64,000 bases of DNA from Hyphomicrobiales bacterium (GCA_027066315.1 JAMONZ010000094.1:2342-66341); one strand, 5' to 3'. Numbered from the stretch's first letter, positions 9,671 through 20,171 are shown. Translations and numbers: made by a program. Notes: a model not told the origin generated them from the letters alone.

Positions 9671-9799
9671 TGATAAAATCCTTTATATAAAAATAGATTT
9701 GCAATTAAAAAATGCAATAAGTTTTGCTTATCGCTAATTAGTATATTGGTAAAGGGGTTTGATTGCAAAATAAGCTCTCTTTGATTAGAAAAGTAAAGA

Positions 9800-10888
9800 A
9801 TGAAACAAATAGATTGTCCTGTGATGACTAAAAAAACCTACTCTTTAATTTTGGGCATTGAAACAAGTTGTGATGAAACTGCTGCAAGTATTGTTGCAAG
9901 GCAAAGTAATGGCAGTGCTAAGATTTTATCAAATATTGTGCGCTCGCAGATAGAGGAGCATGCTCCTTATGGAGGGGTTGTGCCAGAATTGGCGGCACGG
10001 GCGCATGTTGTGCATATTAGCGATATAATTAAAAGGGCATTAAAAGAAGCAAACGTTGAATTTGCTGAAATTGATGCAATTGGGGCAACGGCAGGCCCAG
10101 GTTTAATTGGCGGGGTGTTAGTTGGGATAACAGTTGCTAAAGCACTTTGTGCTTCACTTGATAAACCACTTATAGCTATAAATCATTTAGAGGGTCATGC
10201 CCTTAGCGCACGTTTAAGCGATGGAGTGCAATTTCCTTATTTAATGCTATTGGTGTCTGGCGGGCATACACAATTTATTGAGGTGAAAAAACTTGGCGAG
10301 TATAACTTGCTTGGCACGACTATTGATGATGCTTTAGGTGAAGCATTTGACAAAACAGCAAAAATGCTAGGGCTTGGTTATCCCGGAGGGCCAGAGGTTG
10401 AAAAAATGGCAAAAAACGGTGATGCAACTCGGTTTAAATTCCCAAAGCCGCTTTTGCATGAAAAACGTTTGGACTTTTCTTTCTCAGGGCTAAAAACTGC
10501 AACTCGCTTGGCGGCAGAAAAAATTGCCCCTTTAAGCGAACAGGATAGAAGTGATATTTGTGCCTCATTTCAAAAAACAGTGGTTGATATTCTTTGTGCA
10601 AGAACAAAAGATGCGCTTGAAATGTTTAAGCAAAACCACCCAAATGAAGAATTACGCTTTGTGGTTGCTGGTGGGGTTGCGGCAAATAGGGCAATTGCTT
10701 TGGGGTTAGAAAAAACTATAAAAGAGAAAGGTGCAGTTTTATTTGTTCCGCCTATTTCTCTTTGTACGGATAACGGGGCAATGATTGCTTGGGCGGCTGC
10801 TGAGAGATATGCACATGGTGTTAGCGATGAGCTTGATTTTTCTGCTCGACCACGTTGGCCGCTTGATGATGAAAGTATGAAAATATGA
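9800..10888 (+). CDS. tsaD: tRNA N6-adenosine threonylcarbamoyltransferase TsaD
   Basis: [16 protein letters not shown] and GGVAAN motifs. The start could instead be the ATG at 9824. Confidence 0.95.
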   Translation: MKQIDCPVMTKKTYSLILGIETSCDETAASIVARQSNGSAKILSNIVRSQIEEHAPYGGVVPELAARAHVVHISDIIKRALKEANVEFAEIDAIGATAGPGLIGGVLVGITVAKALCASLDKPLIAINHLEGHALSARLSDGVQFPYLMLLVSGGHTQFIEVKKLGEYNLLGTTIDDALGEAFDKTAKMLGLGYPGGPEVEKMAKNGDATRFKFPKPLLHEKRLDFSFSGLKTATRLAAEKIAPLSEQDRSDICASFQKTVVDILCARTKDALEMFKQNHPNEELRFVVAGGVAANRAIALGLEKTIKEKGAVLFVPPISLCTDNGAMIAWAAAERYAHGVSDELDFSARPRWPLDDESMKI

Positions 10889-11880
10889 TGCAAAAAATAG
10901 CTATTATTGGAGCTGGAGCATGGGGGAGTGCTTTGGCGCAGGCTTGTGCCTTGGCTGGGCGTGATGTTGTACTTATCACTCGTGAGCAAAATGTAGCAGA
11001 TGAGATAAACCAAAATCATAAAAACTCTGAGTTTTTGGGTGAGCAGATTTTAGATAAAAAAATTGTCGCATATACCGATTTTTTGCCAGTTAAAAATGCA
11101 GATATTATTCTAATGGTTGTGCCTGCTCAGGCTTCGGCAGAGGTATTGTTGGCGATAAATAATGACCGGCTAAAAGATAAGCCAGTAGTGATGTGTGCCA
11201 AGGGTTTGCAACAAGAGACTCTTTTTCGCCAAACAGAAATTTTGGCTAAAACCAGCCCCTTGGCTAAGCCCATGGTGCTTAGCGGGCCAAGTTTTGCAAT
11301 TGATGTTGCTAAAGGACTGCCAACCGCAGTAACACTTGCGGGCAGTGATGAAGCTCTAACTAAACAAGTTGCAAATGCTATTGCGGGGGCAAGTTTTCGC
11401 CCCTATGTGCGTTTTGATATGATTGGAGTTGAATTAGCTGGTAGTTTGAAAAATGTCTATGCGCTTGCGTGTGGAGCAGTCGATGGAGCGGGGCTTGGGC
11501 TTTCTGCTCGCTCGGCGTTAATTGCGCGCTCTTATGCAGAAATGGAGCGGTTGGTAATTAAAATAGGTGGTAAAAAAGAAACTATGAGCGGTCTTGCAGG
11601 CTTGGGAGATCTTACGCTTAGTTGCACATCTACCCAATCTCGCAATTATTGGTTTGGCCAACAATTAGGCATAGGTTGGAGTGTACAAGAGATTAAAAAA
11701 TCTGGAGCAAAATTAGCAGAAGGGGTTATTACTGCTCCTGTTGCACAAAATTTAGCCAAAAAATACAATATTGAAGTTCCGCTTGTTGATGCGGTGAATG
11801 AACTGCTTAAGGGTAATATTGGCATAGATCAATTGGTGATTGATTTAATGAAAAGGCCATTAAAAGAAGAGGGTAAATAA
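10885..11880 (+). CDS. gpsA: NAD(P)H-dependent glycerol-3-phosphate dehydrogenase
   Basis: [14 protein letters not shown] Rossmann motif and typical length. Overlaps the tsaD stop. Confidence 0.95.
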   Translation: MMQKIAIIGAGAWGSALAQACALAGRDVVLITREQNVADEINQNHKNSEFLGEQILDKKIVAYTDFLPVKNADIILMVVPAQASAEVLLAINNDRLKDKPVVMCAKGLQQETLFRQTEILAKTSPLAKPMVLSGPSFAIDVAKGLPTAVTLAGSDEALTKQVANAIAGASFRPYVRFDMIGVELAGSLKNVYALACGAVDGAGLGLSARSALIARSYAEMERLVIKIGGKKETMSGLAGLGDLTLSCTSTQSRNYWFGQQLGIGWSVQEIKKSGAKLAEGVITAPVAQNLAKKYNIEVPLVDAVNELLKGNIGIDQLVIDLMKRPLKEEGK

Positions 11881-12173
11881 TGTTATTTGTAATTGAGGGG
11901 CGTGATAGAATTGGGCAGCTTGAAACACGGCTTAAAGCTCGTCCAAAACATTTGGAATATATAAAAAACCTTGGTAAAAAAATTATTTTAGCAGGGCCAT
12001 TTTTAGATGAAAATGAAAAGCCATGCGGATCGCTTATTATTATAGAGGCAAGCAGCCTTAAAGAAGCAAAAGAAATTGCTGTGGCTGATCCCTATAATGA
12101 TGTTGATCTATTTGAAAGCGTTGAGGTTAGGGCATGGCTTTGGGCGGTGAATAAACCAGATAATTTAGAGTAA
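11880..12173 (+). CDS. YciI-family protein
   Basis: 97 aa with RLKARPKHLEYI...GPFLDE...DPY, typical of YciI-like proteins. Conserved position after gpsA. Confidence 0.75.
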   Translation: MLFVIEGRDRIGQLETRLKARPKHLEYIKNLGKKIILAGPFLDENEKPCGSLIIIEASSLKEAKEIAVADPYNDVDLFESVEVRAWLWAVNKPDNLE

Positions 12174-12240
12174 TTTTGCCATACTAACGTCATAAATGTT
12201 GGGTTTAATATAGAGAGTATTATCTTTGGGAGTAAAGAAA

Positions 12241-12978
12241 ATGGGCTTTTTTAAATCACTTACATTGTTAGTTGGGGCAGTTATCTTATCGGCAGGAGTT
12301 GCTGCTTCGGGCTGGTTTGTTGCGGACGGCTTAATTACTTCTCGTGAACCAGTTAGGATTGTTACCGTTAAGGGGCTTAGCGAGCGGGCAGTGAAAGCTG
12401 ATCTTGGTTTTTGGCCAATTCAATTTACTAGTGCGGGGGCAAATCTTGAACAAGCTCGAATTAGGCTTGAAGAAAGTGAAAAATCGGTTTTGGTATTTTT
12501 GCAAAAACATGGGTTTAAGGCAGATGAGGTTTCTGTGCAAAATATTATGGTTAGAGATAAAGCGGCAGGTTATAGCAATAATAATATTGAGGGTGAATTT
12601 CGCTTTATTTTGACCCAAGATATGCTGATTACTTCAAGTGATGTTGATAAAATGTCAATTGCTGCCCGCTCAATTTCAGAGCTTTTACGGGTTGGTGTGG
12701 TGTTTTCAGCAGATGCTTATTCTGCTGGACCCTCTTATGTCTTTACTGGTATTTCTGACCTTAAGGGCGAGATGCTGAGTGAGGCAACAGGGCGAGCCAG
12801 AGAGGCGGCGCAAAAGTTTGCAATTGAATCTCAATCAAATGTTGGGAATATAAAATCTGCTAATCAAGGCGTGTTTCAAATATTACCAGCGGTAAATATT
12901 CCCAATGAGCGAAGTGATAAGCAGATTGATAAAAAGGTAAGGGTTGTATCTAGCATTACTTATTTCTTGATTGATTAA
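12241..12978 (+). CDS. SIMPL (DUF541) domain protein with N-terminal membrane anchor
   Basis: The ATG at 12241 gives MGFFKSLTLLVGAVILSAGVAASGWF; the track start is a TTG 15 nt upstream. SIMPL-like C-terminus QGVFQILP...VRVVSSITYFL. Confidence 0.7.
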   Translation: MGFFKSLTLLVGAVILSAGVAASGWFVADGLITSREPVRIVTVKGLSERAVKADLGFWPIQFTSAGANLEQARIRLEESEKSVLVFLQKHGFKADEVSVQNIMVRDKAAGYSNNNIEGEFRFILTQDMLITSSDVDKMSIAARSISELLRVGVVFSADAYSAGPSYVFTGISDLKGEMLSEATGRAREAAQKFAIESQSNVGNIKSANQGVFQILPAVNIPNERSDKQIDKKVRVVSSITYFLID

Positions 12979-13034
12979 AATATAATTTTATTTCCATTTG
13001 ACTAGTTTTTATCACCATGTCATGTTTGTTTTTT

Positions 13035-13230
13035 GGTTGGTGCTTCGAATCGTAAGTGAGATGAGGCTTAATAGGGAATATGGTGAGGTTTACTCAAAAG
13101 AGAGCTTAATCCATAACTGCCCCCGCAACTGTAAGTGATGAGTTTTTTATGTTTGCCACTGGCCGTTTGTTTGGCTGGGAAGGTTTAAAAAACGCCTAAA
13201 ACATCATGAGTCAGGAGACCTGCCCACCAG
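13035..13230 (+). promoter_or_regulatory. cobalamin (AdoCbl) riboswitch
   Basis: Canonical core elements are present: AATAGGGAA...GGTGAGG (13070-13087), CTGCCCCCGCAACTGTAAG (13117-13135), GCCACTG (13155-13161), GGGAAGG (13177-13183) and the B12 box AGTCAGGAGACCTGCC (13209-13224). Lies upstream of the cbiM-like/cobW/cobN unit. Confidence 0.92.
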
Positions 13231-13368
13231 TGAATTTAACTTTATCGTCGGAGGGACGAGGGAAAGGATAGAGCATGGCAAAGCCAGATATTTAGCTATC
13301 ATTTTTATAGTATTTCTCTCCTTATTAATGCGATTAATCTCGCTAAACAAACAATTTTGGATTTTAAA

Positions 13369-14037
13369 ATGCATATTGAACTTGGCTTAATTGCCGCCAC
13401 AAAACTCGCCTTTGCAAATGCTGGGGCTATAGCAACTCTTTCTGGTAACGCTGTTTCTTTAATAAAGAAACCAAATTTAATTGTGAAAACTGTATTGGCT
13501 GGGATGTTTTTTACCGCTTTTATGCAAGCATTTCACATGCCAGTTGGCGCATCTGAATTGCATTTTATTGGTACTTCGATAATTTATTTATTTTTTGGGT
13601 TTTTGCCGACCTTGTTTGGTTTTGCGCTTGGACTTTTGCTGCAAGCGATAATTTTTGAGCCTGCTGATATGATGCATTTAGGGGTTAATATCCTCTCGCT
13701 TTCATTGCCGCTAATAGGAGCTCATATGCTTTATGGCAAAAAGTTTTTTAATCAAAAAAACCCTAAAAAAGTAAGCTGGTCTTCGATTGTTCGTTTTGAT
13801 GCAATTTATTATGCAGGGGTTATTACCATGGTTGGCTTTTGGCTTTCTATCGGTAATGAACCTACGCCTTTTTATAATTGGGCAATTTTTGCAATAGCTT
13901 ATTTGCCATTAGTTCTAATTGAGCCAATTCTTACTTATGGGGCTTTGAAACTTAGCAATTCTTCACTTGGGAACTCTGCGTGGGGTAAGAGGTTTCTTTC
14001 TCGCTTTAGTGTGACAAATCAGCTTAAAATTTCTTAG
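13369..14037 (+). CDS. CbiM-family membrane protein (putative cobalt-uptake component), solitary
   Basis: The ATG at 13369 gives an MHIELGL N-terminus like the Met-His N-terminus of CbiM/NikM. Contains the motif HMPVGASELHFIGT and is polytopic. First gene after the B12 riboswitch. The track start at 13357 is a TTG. Confidence 0.55.
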   Translation: MHIELGLIAATKLAFANAGAIATLSGNAVSLIKKPNLIVKTVLAGMFFTAFMQAFHMPVGASELHFIGTSIIYLFFGFLPTLFGFALGLLLQAIIFEPADMMHLGVNILSLSLPLIGAHMLYGKKFFNQKNPKKVSWSSIVRFDAIYYAGVITMVGFWLSIGNEPTPFYNWAIFAIAYLPLVLIEPILTYGALKLSNSSLGNSAWGKRFLSRFSVTNQLKIS

Positions 14038-14045
14038 AGGCTTTT

Positions 14046-15095
14046 ATGTCTGAAAAAATTCCAGTTACTATTATTACCGGCTTTTTAGGGGTCGGTAAAA
14101 CAACATTAGTGCGCCATGTTTTAGAAAATGCTGGTGGTAAGCGAATTGCTTTAATCATCAATGAATTTGGTGATGTTGGGGTTGATGGTGATTTGCTTAA
14201 AGGTTGTTCTGATGAGAGTTGTAGCGATGATGATATTGTTGAGCTAGCTAATGGCTGTATTTGTTGCACTGTTGCGGACGAATTTATTCCAACAATGCAA
14301 AAGCTGCTTGAGCGAGAAAATCGCCCCGATCATATTATAATTGAAACCTCTGGCTTGGCTTTGCCACAGCCATTGGTGCAGGCGTTTAATTGGCCTGAAA
14401 TAAAGAGCGAAGTTAGCATTGATGGTGTTGTAACAATTGTTGATGGTGCTGCTTTGAGTGAGGGTCGATTTGCCTCAAATGAGGGGGCGGTGAATGAGTT
14501 ACGAGAACAAGACGAAATGCTTAATCACGAAACCCCGCTTGGTGAATTATTTGAAGATCAATTAATTTGTGCAGATTTAATAATTATCAATAAAACCGAT
14601 CTGATTTCTAGCGATGACTTGTTAAGAGTTGAGGTTGAATTAAACCGCCATAAACGCAAGGGTGTTTCTTTAGTCCGAGCAAAAAATGGCAAGGTTGATG
14701 TTGTGGCACTTTTAGGCATGGGTCTTGAAGCTGAAAATGACTATGAGGGACGGCAAAGCCACCATGAAAAACACCATGGGCATGAGGCGCACGATCATGA
14801 TGATTTTGTTAGCTTCTCGATAAACCTGCCCCCAAGCACAAATAAAAATACGCTTTTAGATAGAATTGAAAATATAATTGTTAAGCATGATGTTTTGCGG
14901 CTTAAAGGATTTGTTGCAATAGAGGGAGGTTCTGCTCGCTTGGTGGTTCAGGCGGTTGGCTTGAGGGTGAACTCTTGGTTTGATCGGGCTTGGCAGAGAG
15001 GTGAGAAAGTTGAAACATCACTGGTGGTGATTGGGCAAAAAGGCTTGGACAGGGAAGCGATCGAGCGTGAGTTATTGGCTCTTGAGTTAGGTTGA
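14046..15095 (+). CDS. cobW: cobalamin biosynthesis GTPase CobW
   Basis: P-loop GFLGVGKTT, a CICCT motif and a His-rich stretch HHEKHHGHEAHDHDD. Located upstream of cobN. Confidence 0.9.
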   Translation: MSEKIPVTIITGFLGVGKTTLVRHVLENAGGKRIALIINEFGDVGVDGDLLKGCSDESCSDDDIVELANGCICCTVADEFIPTMQKLLERENRPDHIIIETSGLALPQPLVQAFNWPEIKSEVSIDGVVTIVDGAALSEGRFASNEGAVNELREQDEMLNHETPLGELFEDQLICADLIIINKTDLISSDDLLRVEVELNRHKRKGVSLVRAKNGKVDVVALLGMGLEAENDYEGRQSHHEKHHGHEAHDHDDFVSFSINLPPSTNKNTLLDRIENIIVKHDVLRLKGFVAIEGGSARLVVQAVGLRVNSWFDRAWQRGEKVETSLVVIGQKGLDREAIERELLALELG

Positions 15096-15109
15096 TGGGA
15101 GTTGTAATT

Positions 15110-15168
15110 GTTATCCTGAGTGTAACGAGGGTCTAAGATTTTTCAACTTTGCTTTAAAATAACAAAAG
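15110..15168. repeat. REP/MITE-like imperfect palindrome, copy A (cobW-cobN intergenic)
   Basis: GTTATCCTGAGTGTAACGAGGGTCT / AAGATTTTTCAACTTTGCTTTAAAATAACAAAAG. The right arm aligns with copies at 27025-27088 and 33835-33866. Confidence 0.55.
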
Positions 15169-15178
15169 GAAATATTAG

Positions 15179-18100
15179 ATGCACCTGTTAGCTGCACAAT
15201 CGGGGGAAATTCAGCAAGAAGGTGAGGCAATTGATCTTGCGCAAAGTCCTGCAAAAATTATTTTTGCTTCATCAGCCGATAGTGAATTAGCGGCAATTGC
15301 TGGGGCTATTGATCGGGCAGGAATAAATGATGTTCGTATAGCAAATATTATGACTTTAGGTCATAATCTTTCAATTGATATGTGGCTTGAACAAACCCTT
15401 ATTCATGCCGATTTAATTGTCATTCGCTTGCTTGGTGGGGCTAGTTATTGGCAATATGGAGTTGATGAAATATCTGCTTTGGCCTTAAGAAAAAATATCA
15501 AACTGGCCTTTTTATCAGGTGATGCTAATTTTGATCCTATTTTATTTAAAAACTCAAATATTTCTCTAAAAGAATGGCAATATTTACATGAGCTTTTTAG
15601 CACTGCTGGCTCTAATAACATGGATATTGCAATAAGTGGGTTTTTAACCTTGGCAAAGGGTGAGCCGTTAGCTAGAAATTTAATTACAAAATTTCCTCAT
15701 TTTGGGCTTTGGTTGCCAAAAGTGGGGGTGGTTGATGAGGGGGAATTTGCGACTCTTGAGCGAACAAAAACACGCCTCAATATCCCAATTATATTTTATC
15801 GAGCATTGCTTGAGGGTGCAGGCAGTTCTGTCGTTGAGCGATTGATTGAGGAAATAAAAAAATCTGGCATGCAGCCCGTGCCTATATTTATTTCGTCATT
15901 AAAAGATGATGAGAATATTAAGTTTGTTAAAAATATTTTTAAAATATTTCCCCCCCAAGTAATTTTAAATCTCACAGGTTTTGCGCTTGGGCTTGATGGA
16001 ATAAAAGAAAAACAAAACCCATTTGCAACAACCGATGCGCCAATTATTCAGCTTATTATGGGGGGGCGGCCAAGGGAGATATGGCAAAATGATAGCCAAG
16101 GATTATCAGCTAAAGATTTAGCTATGCAGATAGTTTTGCCAGAACTTGATGGGAGGGTTGGCTGTTTAATTGTTGGGCATAAAGAAAAATCTGTTTGGCA
16201 TAAAGCAAGCCAGTGTCAATTGGCGGTTTTTGCACCCGATGAAAGTGGAATTGCGCAGACGCAAGAGCTGGTAAAAAACTGGGTGAGTTTACGCCAAATC
16301 AAAAGGGTTGAGCGGCGGGTTTGTTTGGTATTGGCAAATTACCCTATTCGTGATGGGCGAATTGCTAATGGGGTTGGTTATGATGCGCCACAATCTAGTG
16401 TTGAGATTTTAAAGGCTTTGGATAAGGCTGGTTATGATTTGTCTTTGTTAAATAATGGTGCTTTTGATGAGGGTTTGGATCAAAAATACAGCTTTGCTAA
16501 AACTGGTAGTCAGTTGATTGAGCTTTTGCAAAAAGGGCCAACAAATGCAGAACCAAAACGAGGTAAAAGTGGGGCGGTGATGCCTCTTGTAGATTATCAA
16601 TCATTGTTTAAAAACTTATCGCAAAAAATCCAAGATGAAGTGAATGAGCGTTGGGGATTACCTAAAGATGATCCATTTTGCCGTGGTGATGCATTTCATC
16701 TGCCAGTGGTTATTTTTGGTAATGTCGCCATTATGCTCCAGCCATCTCGTGGCTATCATTTAGACATGGAGGCAAATTATCATGATCCTGATCTTGTGCC
16801 ACCGCATGGATATTTTGCTGCTTATTTATGGGTAAAATATATTTTTAAAACTCATGCATTAATTCATAATGGCAAACATGGAAATCTTGAATGGCTACCC
16901 GGTAAAGCCACGGCTTTAGATTGCTCTTCTTATTCGTTGGCTTTATGGGGTGGTTTGCCGCATTTTTATCCGTTTATTGTGAATGATCCTGGTGAGGGAA
17001 CACAGGCAAAAAGGCGCACGGGAGCGGTTATTATAGATCATCTTGTTCCACCACTTACTCGGGCAGAAACCTATGGCCCATTAAAAGATTTAGAAAGTCT
17101 TTTAGACGAATATTATGCGGCATCTGGCATGGATAGGCGGCGGTTGGATCTCCTTAAAAAACGTATTTTAAACTTTTCTCGTGATGCAGCACTTGATAAA
17201 GATATTGGCCTTTCAAAAGATGAGGACGAAGCACTTGGTGAGATTGATAATTATTTATGTGAGTTAAAAGAAGCGCAAATTCGTGATGGGTTGCATATTT
17301 TTGGACAAAGCCCGACAGGTGAATTAGAGCGGGATTTAATTGTTGCTTTGGCTCGTGTTCCCCGTGGTGAGAGTTTGGCTGATGCCTCGCTTATTAGGGC
17401 GATAAGCGATGATTTAAAATTGGGTTTTGAGCCATTAAATGCAAAATTGGGTGAGCAATGGTGCGGGCCAAAACCAAAAATATTGAAAGAAATATCTAAC
17501 GATATTTGGCGTAGTAATGGCGATTGCATCGAGCGGCTTGAATTATTGGCGGCAAAATTTGTCTCAGGCTTTGAGCTACCAAAAGGCTTTATAGCAACAA
17601 AAGCGGTGATGAAAACAATTGATGATATTATTCGCCCACGTTTGGCTGCTTGCGGAAGAAATGAAATTAAATCGTTAATTGATGGATTAGATGGCAAATA
17701 TATTGCTTCTGGCAGCTCGGGTGCGCCAAGCCGTGGGCGGATTGATGTATTACCAACAGGGCGCAATTTTTACTCAGTTGATAATCGCTCTGTGCCAACG
17801 CAAACGGCATGGGAATTGGGGCAAAAGTCAGCAGAAAATCTGCTTAAAAGGCATTTTCAAGATGAGGGTGTTTGGCTAAAATCAATTGCCTTAAGCGTTT
17901 GGGGTACGTCAAATATGCGCACAGGTGGTGATGATATTGCGCAGGCTTTGGCGTTAGTTGGAGTAAAACCAAAATGGGATTTCTCTTCACTTAGAGTGTC
18001 GGGTTTTGAAATTATCCCACTAGCAAAATTGGGCAGGCCACGTTGTGATGTTACGCTTAGAATATCAGGATTTTTTCGAGATGCCTTCCCCCAACTTATC

Positions 18101-18931
18101 ACTTTATTTGATAATGCTATTCGCTCAGTTGGCGCACTTGATGAGCCAGCAGATCAAAACCCAATTGCTCAAATTATGCGAAAAGATGCGCTTGAGTTAA
18201 TGGCAAATGGGGCAGATGAGCGGGAGGCGGCTTTAAGCGCAGGGTTTAGAATTTTTGGCTCAAAGCCAAATAGTTATGGGGCTGGATTACAAGGATTGAT
18301 GGATAGTGGTGATTGGAAAAATAGGAGTGATTTTTCTGAGGCTTTTTTAAACTGGGGGCAGTATGCTTATGGCAACAAAGCCAAGGGAGTTGCTCAAAGA
18401 GAGCGATTTATGGCACGTTTAAGTGGTGTTGAAGCGGTTGTTCATAATCAAGATAATCGTGAACATGATTTGCTTGATAGCGATGATTATTATCAATTTG
18501 AGGGTGGGTTGATTGCTAGCATTGAAACACTTAAAGGAGCAAAACCATTTGCCTATAATATGGATCATTCACGGCCTGAAAACCCAAAGGCTAGAACACT
18601 AGAGGAAGAAATTTCTTATGTTATGCGCTCACGAGTTATAAATCCAAAATGGATTGATGGAGTTAAGCGGCATGGCTATAAAGGGGCGTTTGAAATTATT
18701 GCCTCGCTGGATTATATGTTTGCATTTGCTGCAACAACTGGGGCAGTGAAAAGCCATCATTTTGACTTGGCGTTTGAGGCGTTTCTTGGAGATAAAAATA
18801 CCCGTGATTTTATTAAAGAAAATAATAAGCATGGGTTTGAAGAATTAAAAGTAAAATTTAATGAAGCGATTGAGCGTGGCCTTTGGCGACCAAAGTCCAA
18901 TGCTGTTTATAAGGAGTTAGAAAATGGATAA
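15179..18931 (+). CDS. cobN: cobaltochelatase large subunit CobN
   Basis: 1250-aa ORF of CobN/Mg-chelatase H-family length and layout, sitting in cobW-cobN-cobO context. Confidence 0.92.
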   Translation: MHLLAAQSGEIQQEGEAIDLAQSPAKIIFASSADSELAAIAGAIDRAGINDVRIANIMTLGHNLSIDMWLEQTLIHADLIVIRLLGGASYWQYGVDEISALALRKNIKLAFLSGDANFDPILFKNSNISLKEWQYLHELFSTAGSNNMDIAISGFLTLAKGEPLARNLITKFPHFGLWLPKVGVVDEGEFATLERTKTRLNIPIIFYRALLEGAGSSVVERLIEEIKKSGMQPVPIFISSLKDDENIKFVKNIFKIFPPQVILNLTGFALGLDGIKEKQNPFATTDAPIIQLIMGGRPREIWQNDSQGLSAKDLAMQIVLPELDGRVGCLIVGHKEKSVWHKASQCQLAVFAPDESGIAQTQELVKNWVSLRQIKRVERRVCLVLANYPIRDGRIANGVGYDAPQSSVEILKALDKAGYDLSLLNNGAFDEGLDQKYSFAKTGSQLIELLQKGPTNAEPKRGKSGAVMPLVDYQSLFKNLSQKIQDEVNERWGLPKDDPFCRGDAFHLPVVIFGNVAIMLQPSRGYHLDMEANYHDPDLVPPHGYFAAYLWVKYIFKTHALIHNGKHGNLEWLPGKATALDCSSYSLALWGGLPHFYPFIVNDPGEGTQAKRRTGAVIIDHLVPPLTRAETYGPLKDLESLLDEYYAASGMDRRRLDLLKKRILNFSRDAALDKDIGLSKDEDEALGEIDNYLCELKEAQIRDGLHIFGQSPTGELERDLIVALARVPRGESLADASLIRAISDDLKLGFEPLNAKLGEQWCGPKPKILKEISNDIWRSNGDCIERLELLAAKFVSGFELPKGFIATKAVMKTIDDIIRPRLAACGRNEIKSLIDGLDGKYIASGSSGAPSRGRIDVLPTGRNFYSVDNRSVPTQTAWELGQKSAENLLKRHFQDEGVWLKSIALSVWGTSNMRTGGDDIAQALALVGVKPKWDFSSLRVSGFEIIPLAKLGRPRCDVTLRISGFFRDAFPQLITLFDNAIRSVGALDEPADQNPIAQIMRKDALELMANGADEREAALSAGFRIFGSKPNSYGAGLQGLMDSGDWKNRSDFSEAFLNWGQYAYGNKAKGVAQRERFMARLSGVEAVVHNQDNREHDLLDSDDYYQFEGGLIASIETLKGAKPFAYNMDHSRPENPKARTLEEEISYVMRSRVINPKWIDGVKRHGYKGAFEIIASLDYMFAFAATTGAVKSHHFDLAFEAFLGDKNTRDFIKENNKHGFEELKVKFNEAIERGLWRPKSNAVYKELENG

Positions 18932-19562
18932 ACGAGTTAAAAAAACCGACCTGATGAATGAGCAGGAGTTAAACGATTATCACGCTAAAAAAATGGCCAA
19001 AAAAAAGGCCGCTCGTGAAAAAATGCTGGCTACAAAAACAAAAGAAAAAGGCCTAATCATTGTGCATACTGGCAAGGGCAAGGGGAAATCAACCGCTGCT
19101 TTTGGTATGGTTTTTCGTGCGCTTGGGCATGGGTTTAAAATTGGTATTGTGCAGTTTGTAAAAGGAAAATGGGGAACGGGGGAGCGTGATATTTTAGAAA
19201 AATTTCCTCAGCAGGTAGTTATAAAAGCAATGGGTGAGGGGTTTACTTGGGATACGCAAGATCGCCAACGTGATATTGATGCTGCAAAATTGGCATGGGA
19301 TGCGGCAAAAATTATGATTATGGATACCAATTATAATATGGTTTTGCTTGATGAGTTAAATATTTGCCTTCGCTATGATTATCTCGATATAAACGAAGTG
19401 GTTGAATTTTTAAAAAACAAACCCATTGATACGCATGTGATTATTACTGGGCGAAATGCCAAAGATGAGTTGATTGAATTGGCGGATTTAGTGACCGAAA
19501 TGAGCCAGATAAAACACCCCTTTAGAGATGGGGTAAAGGCGCAGGCTGGGATTGAATTTTAG
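18924..19562 (+). CDS. cobO: cob(I)yrinic acid a,c-diamide adenosyltransferase
   Basis: HTGKGKGKSTAAFG P-loop and CobO length. Overlaps the cobN stop by 8 nt. Confidence 0.9.
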   Translation: MDKRVKKTDLMNEQELNDYHAKKMAKKKAAREKMLATKTKEKGLIIVHTGKGKGKSTAAFGMVFRALGHGFKIGIVQFVKGKWGTGERDILEKFPQQVVIKAMGEGFTWDTQDRQRDIDAAKLAWDAAKIMIMDTNYNMVLLDELNICLRYDYLDINEVVEFLKNKPIDTHVIITGRNAKDELIELADLVTEMSQIKHPFRDGVKAQAGIEF

Positions 19563-19569
19563 GCAAGGC

Positions 19570-20064
19570 TTATTTTCTTAGCCAATTAACATTCTCATCA
19601 TTTGATCTTAAAATGGGGGTTAATTGGCTTGAAATTATTTTGGCATCATAGGCAGATTTATAACGCTTGTCTTTTTTCTCAATCAACTCAATTGTCATTG
19701 TACCTTGAGTGTGTTTTACAGTTTCCATTTGTGGTGCTGAGTAAATTGGCTCAACAATACCCCCAATTTCTCTTGTGCCGATTTGAGTTGGAGAATAGGT
19801 AAAAATTTCGCTTTCTTGCTTAATATTATCCGCAATTATGACAAAGCGTTTTTTGCCTTTTTCAATGGTAATTTCAGCGGCTCTTAATAGCGCAAAATCT
19901 CTTACTCTTTGGTGAGCAGTTGCACGTGTGCCAATTAACTCAATGCGATAAATATTGGTTGAGAGCTGCATTTGTGTATAATAGCCTTGTGGGGAGGAAA
20001 AACTACAAGCAGAAATAATTAAAATCATAATGAGAGAAATTAGAGTTTTTTGAAATTTAATCAT
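19570..20064 (-). CDS. small lipoprotein (resembles the CC0125/CC1285-type alphaproteobacterial lipoprotein family)
   Basis: Lipobox LIISAC and the motif RVRDFALLRAAEITIEKGKKRFVI. Family assignment is from memory only. Confidence 0.5.
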   Translation of the reverse strand: MIKFQKTLISLIMILIISACSFSSPQGYYTQMQLSTNIYRIELIGTRATAHQRVRDFALLRAAEITIEKGKKRFVIIADNIKQESEIFTYSPTQIGTREIGGIVEPIYSAPQMETVKHTQGTMTIELIEKKDKRYKSAYDAKIISSQLTPILRSNDENVNWLRK

Positions 20065-20171
20065 TTTTTTGTCTTTTTTTGATGGCCAAGGCTTTACTAT
20101 AGGTTTAATTTTATAAAATGCAAAATATACGTTTGAAAATATACATTTGAAGATGAACCTAAGATGAAAAG

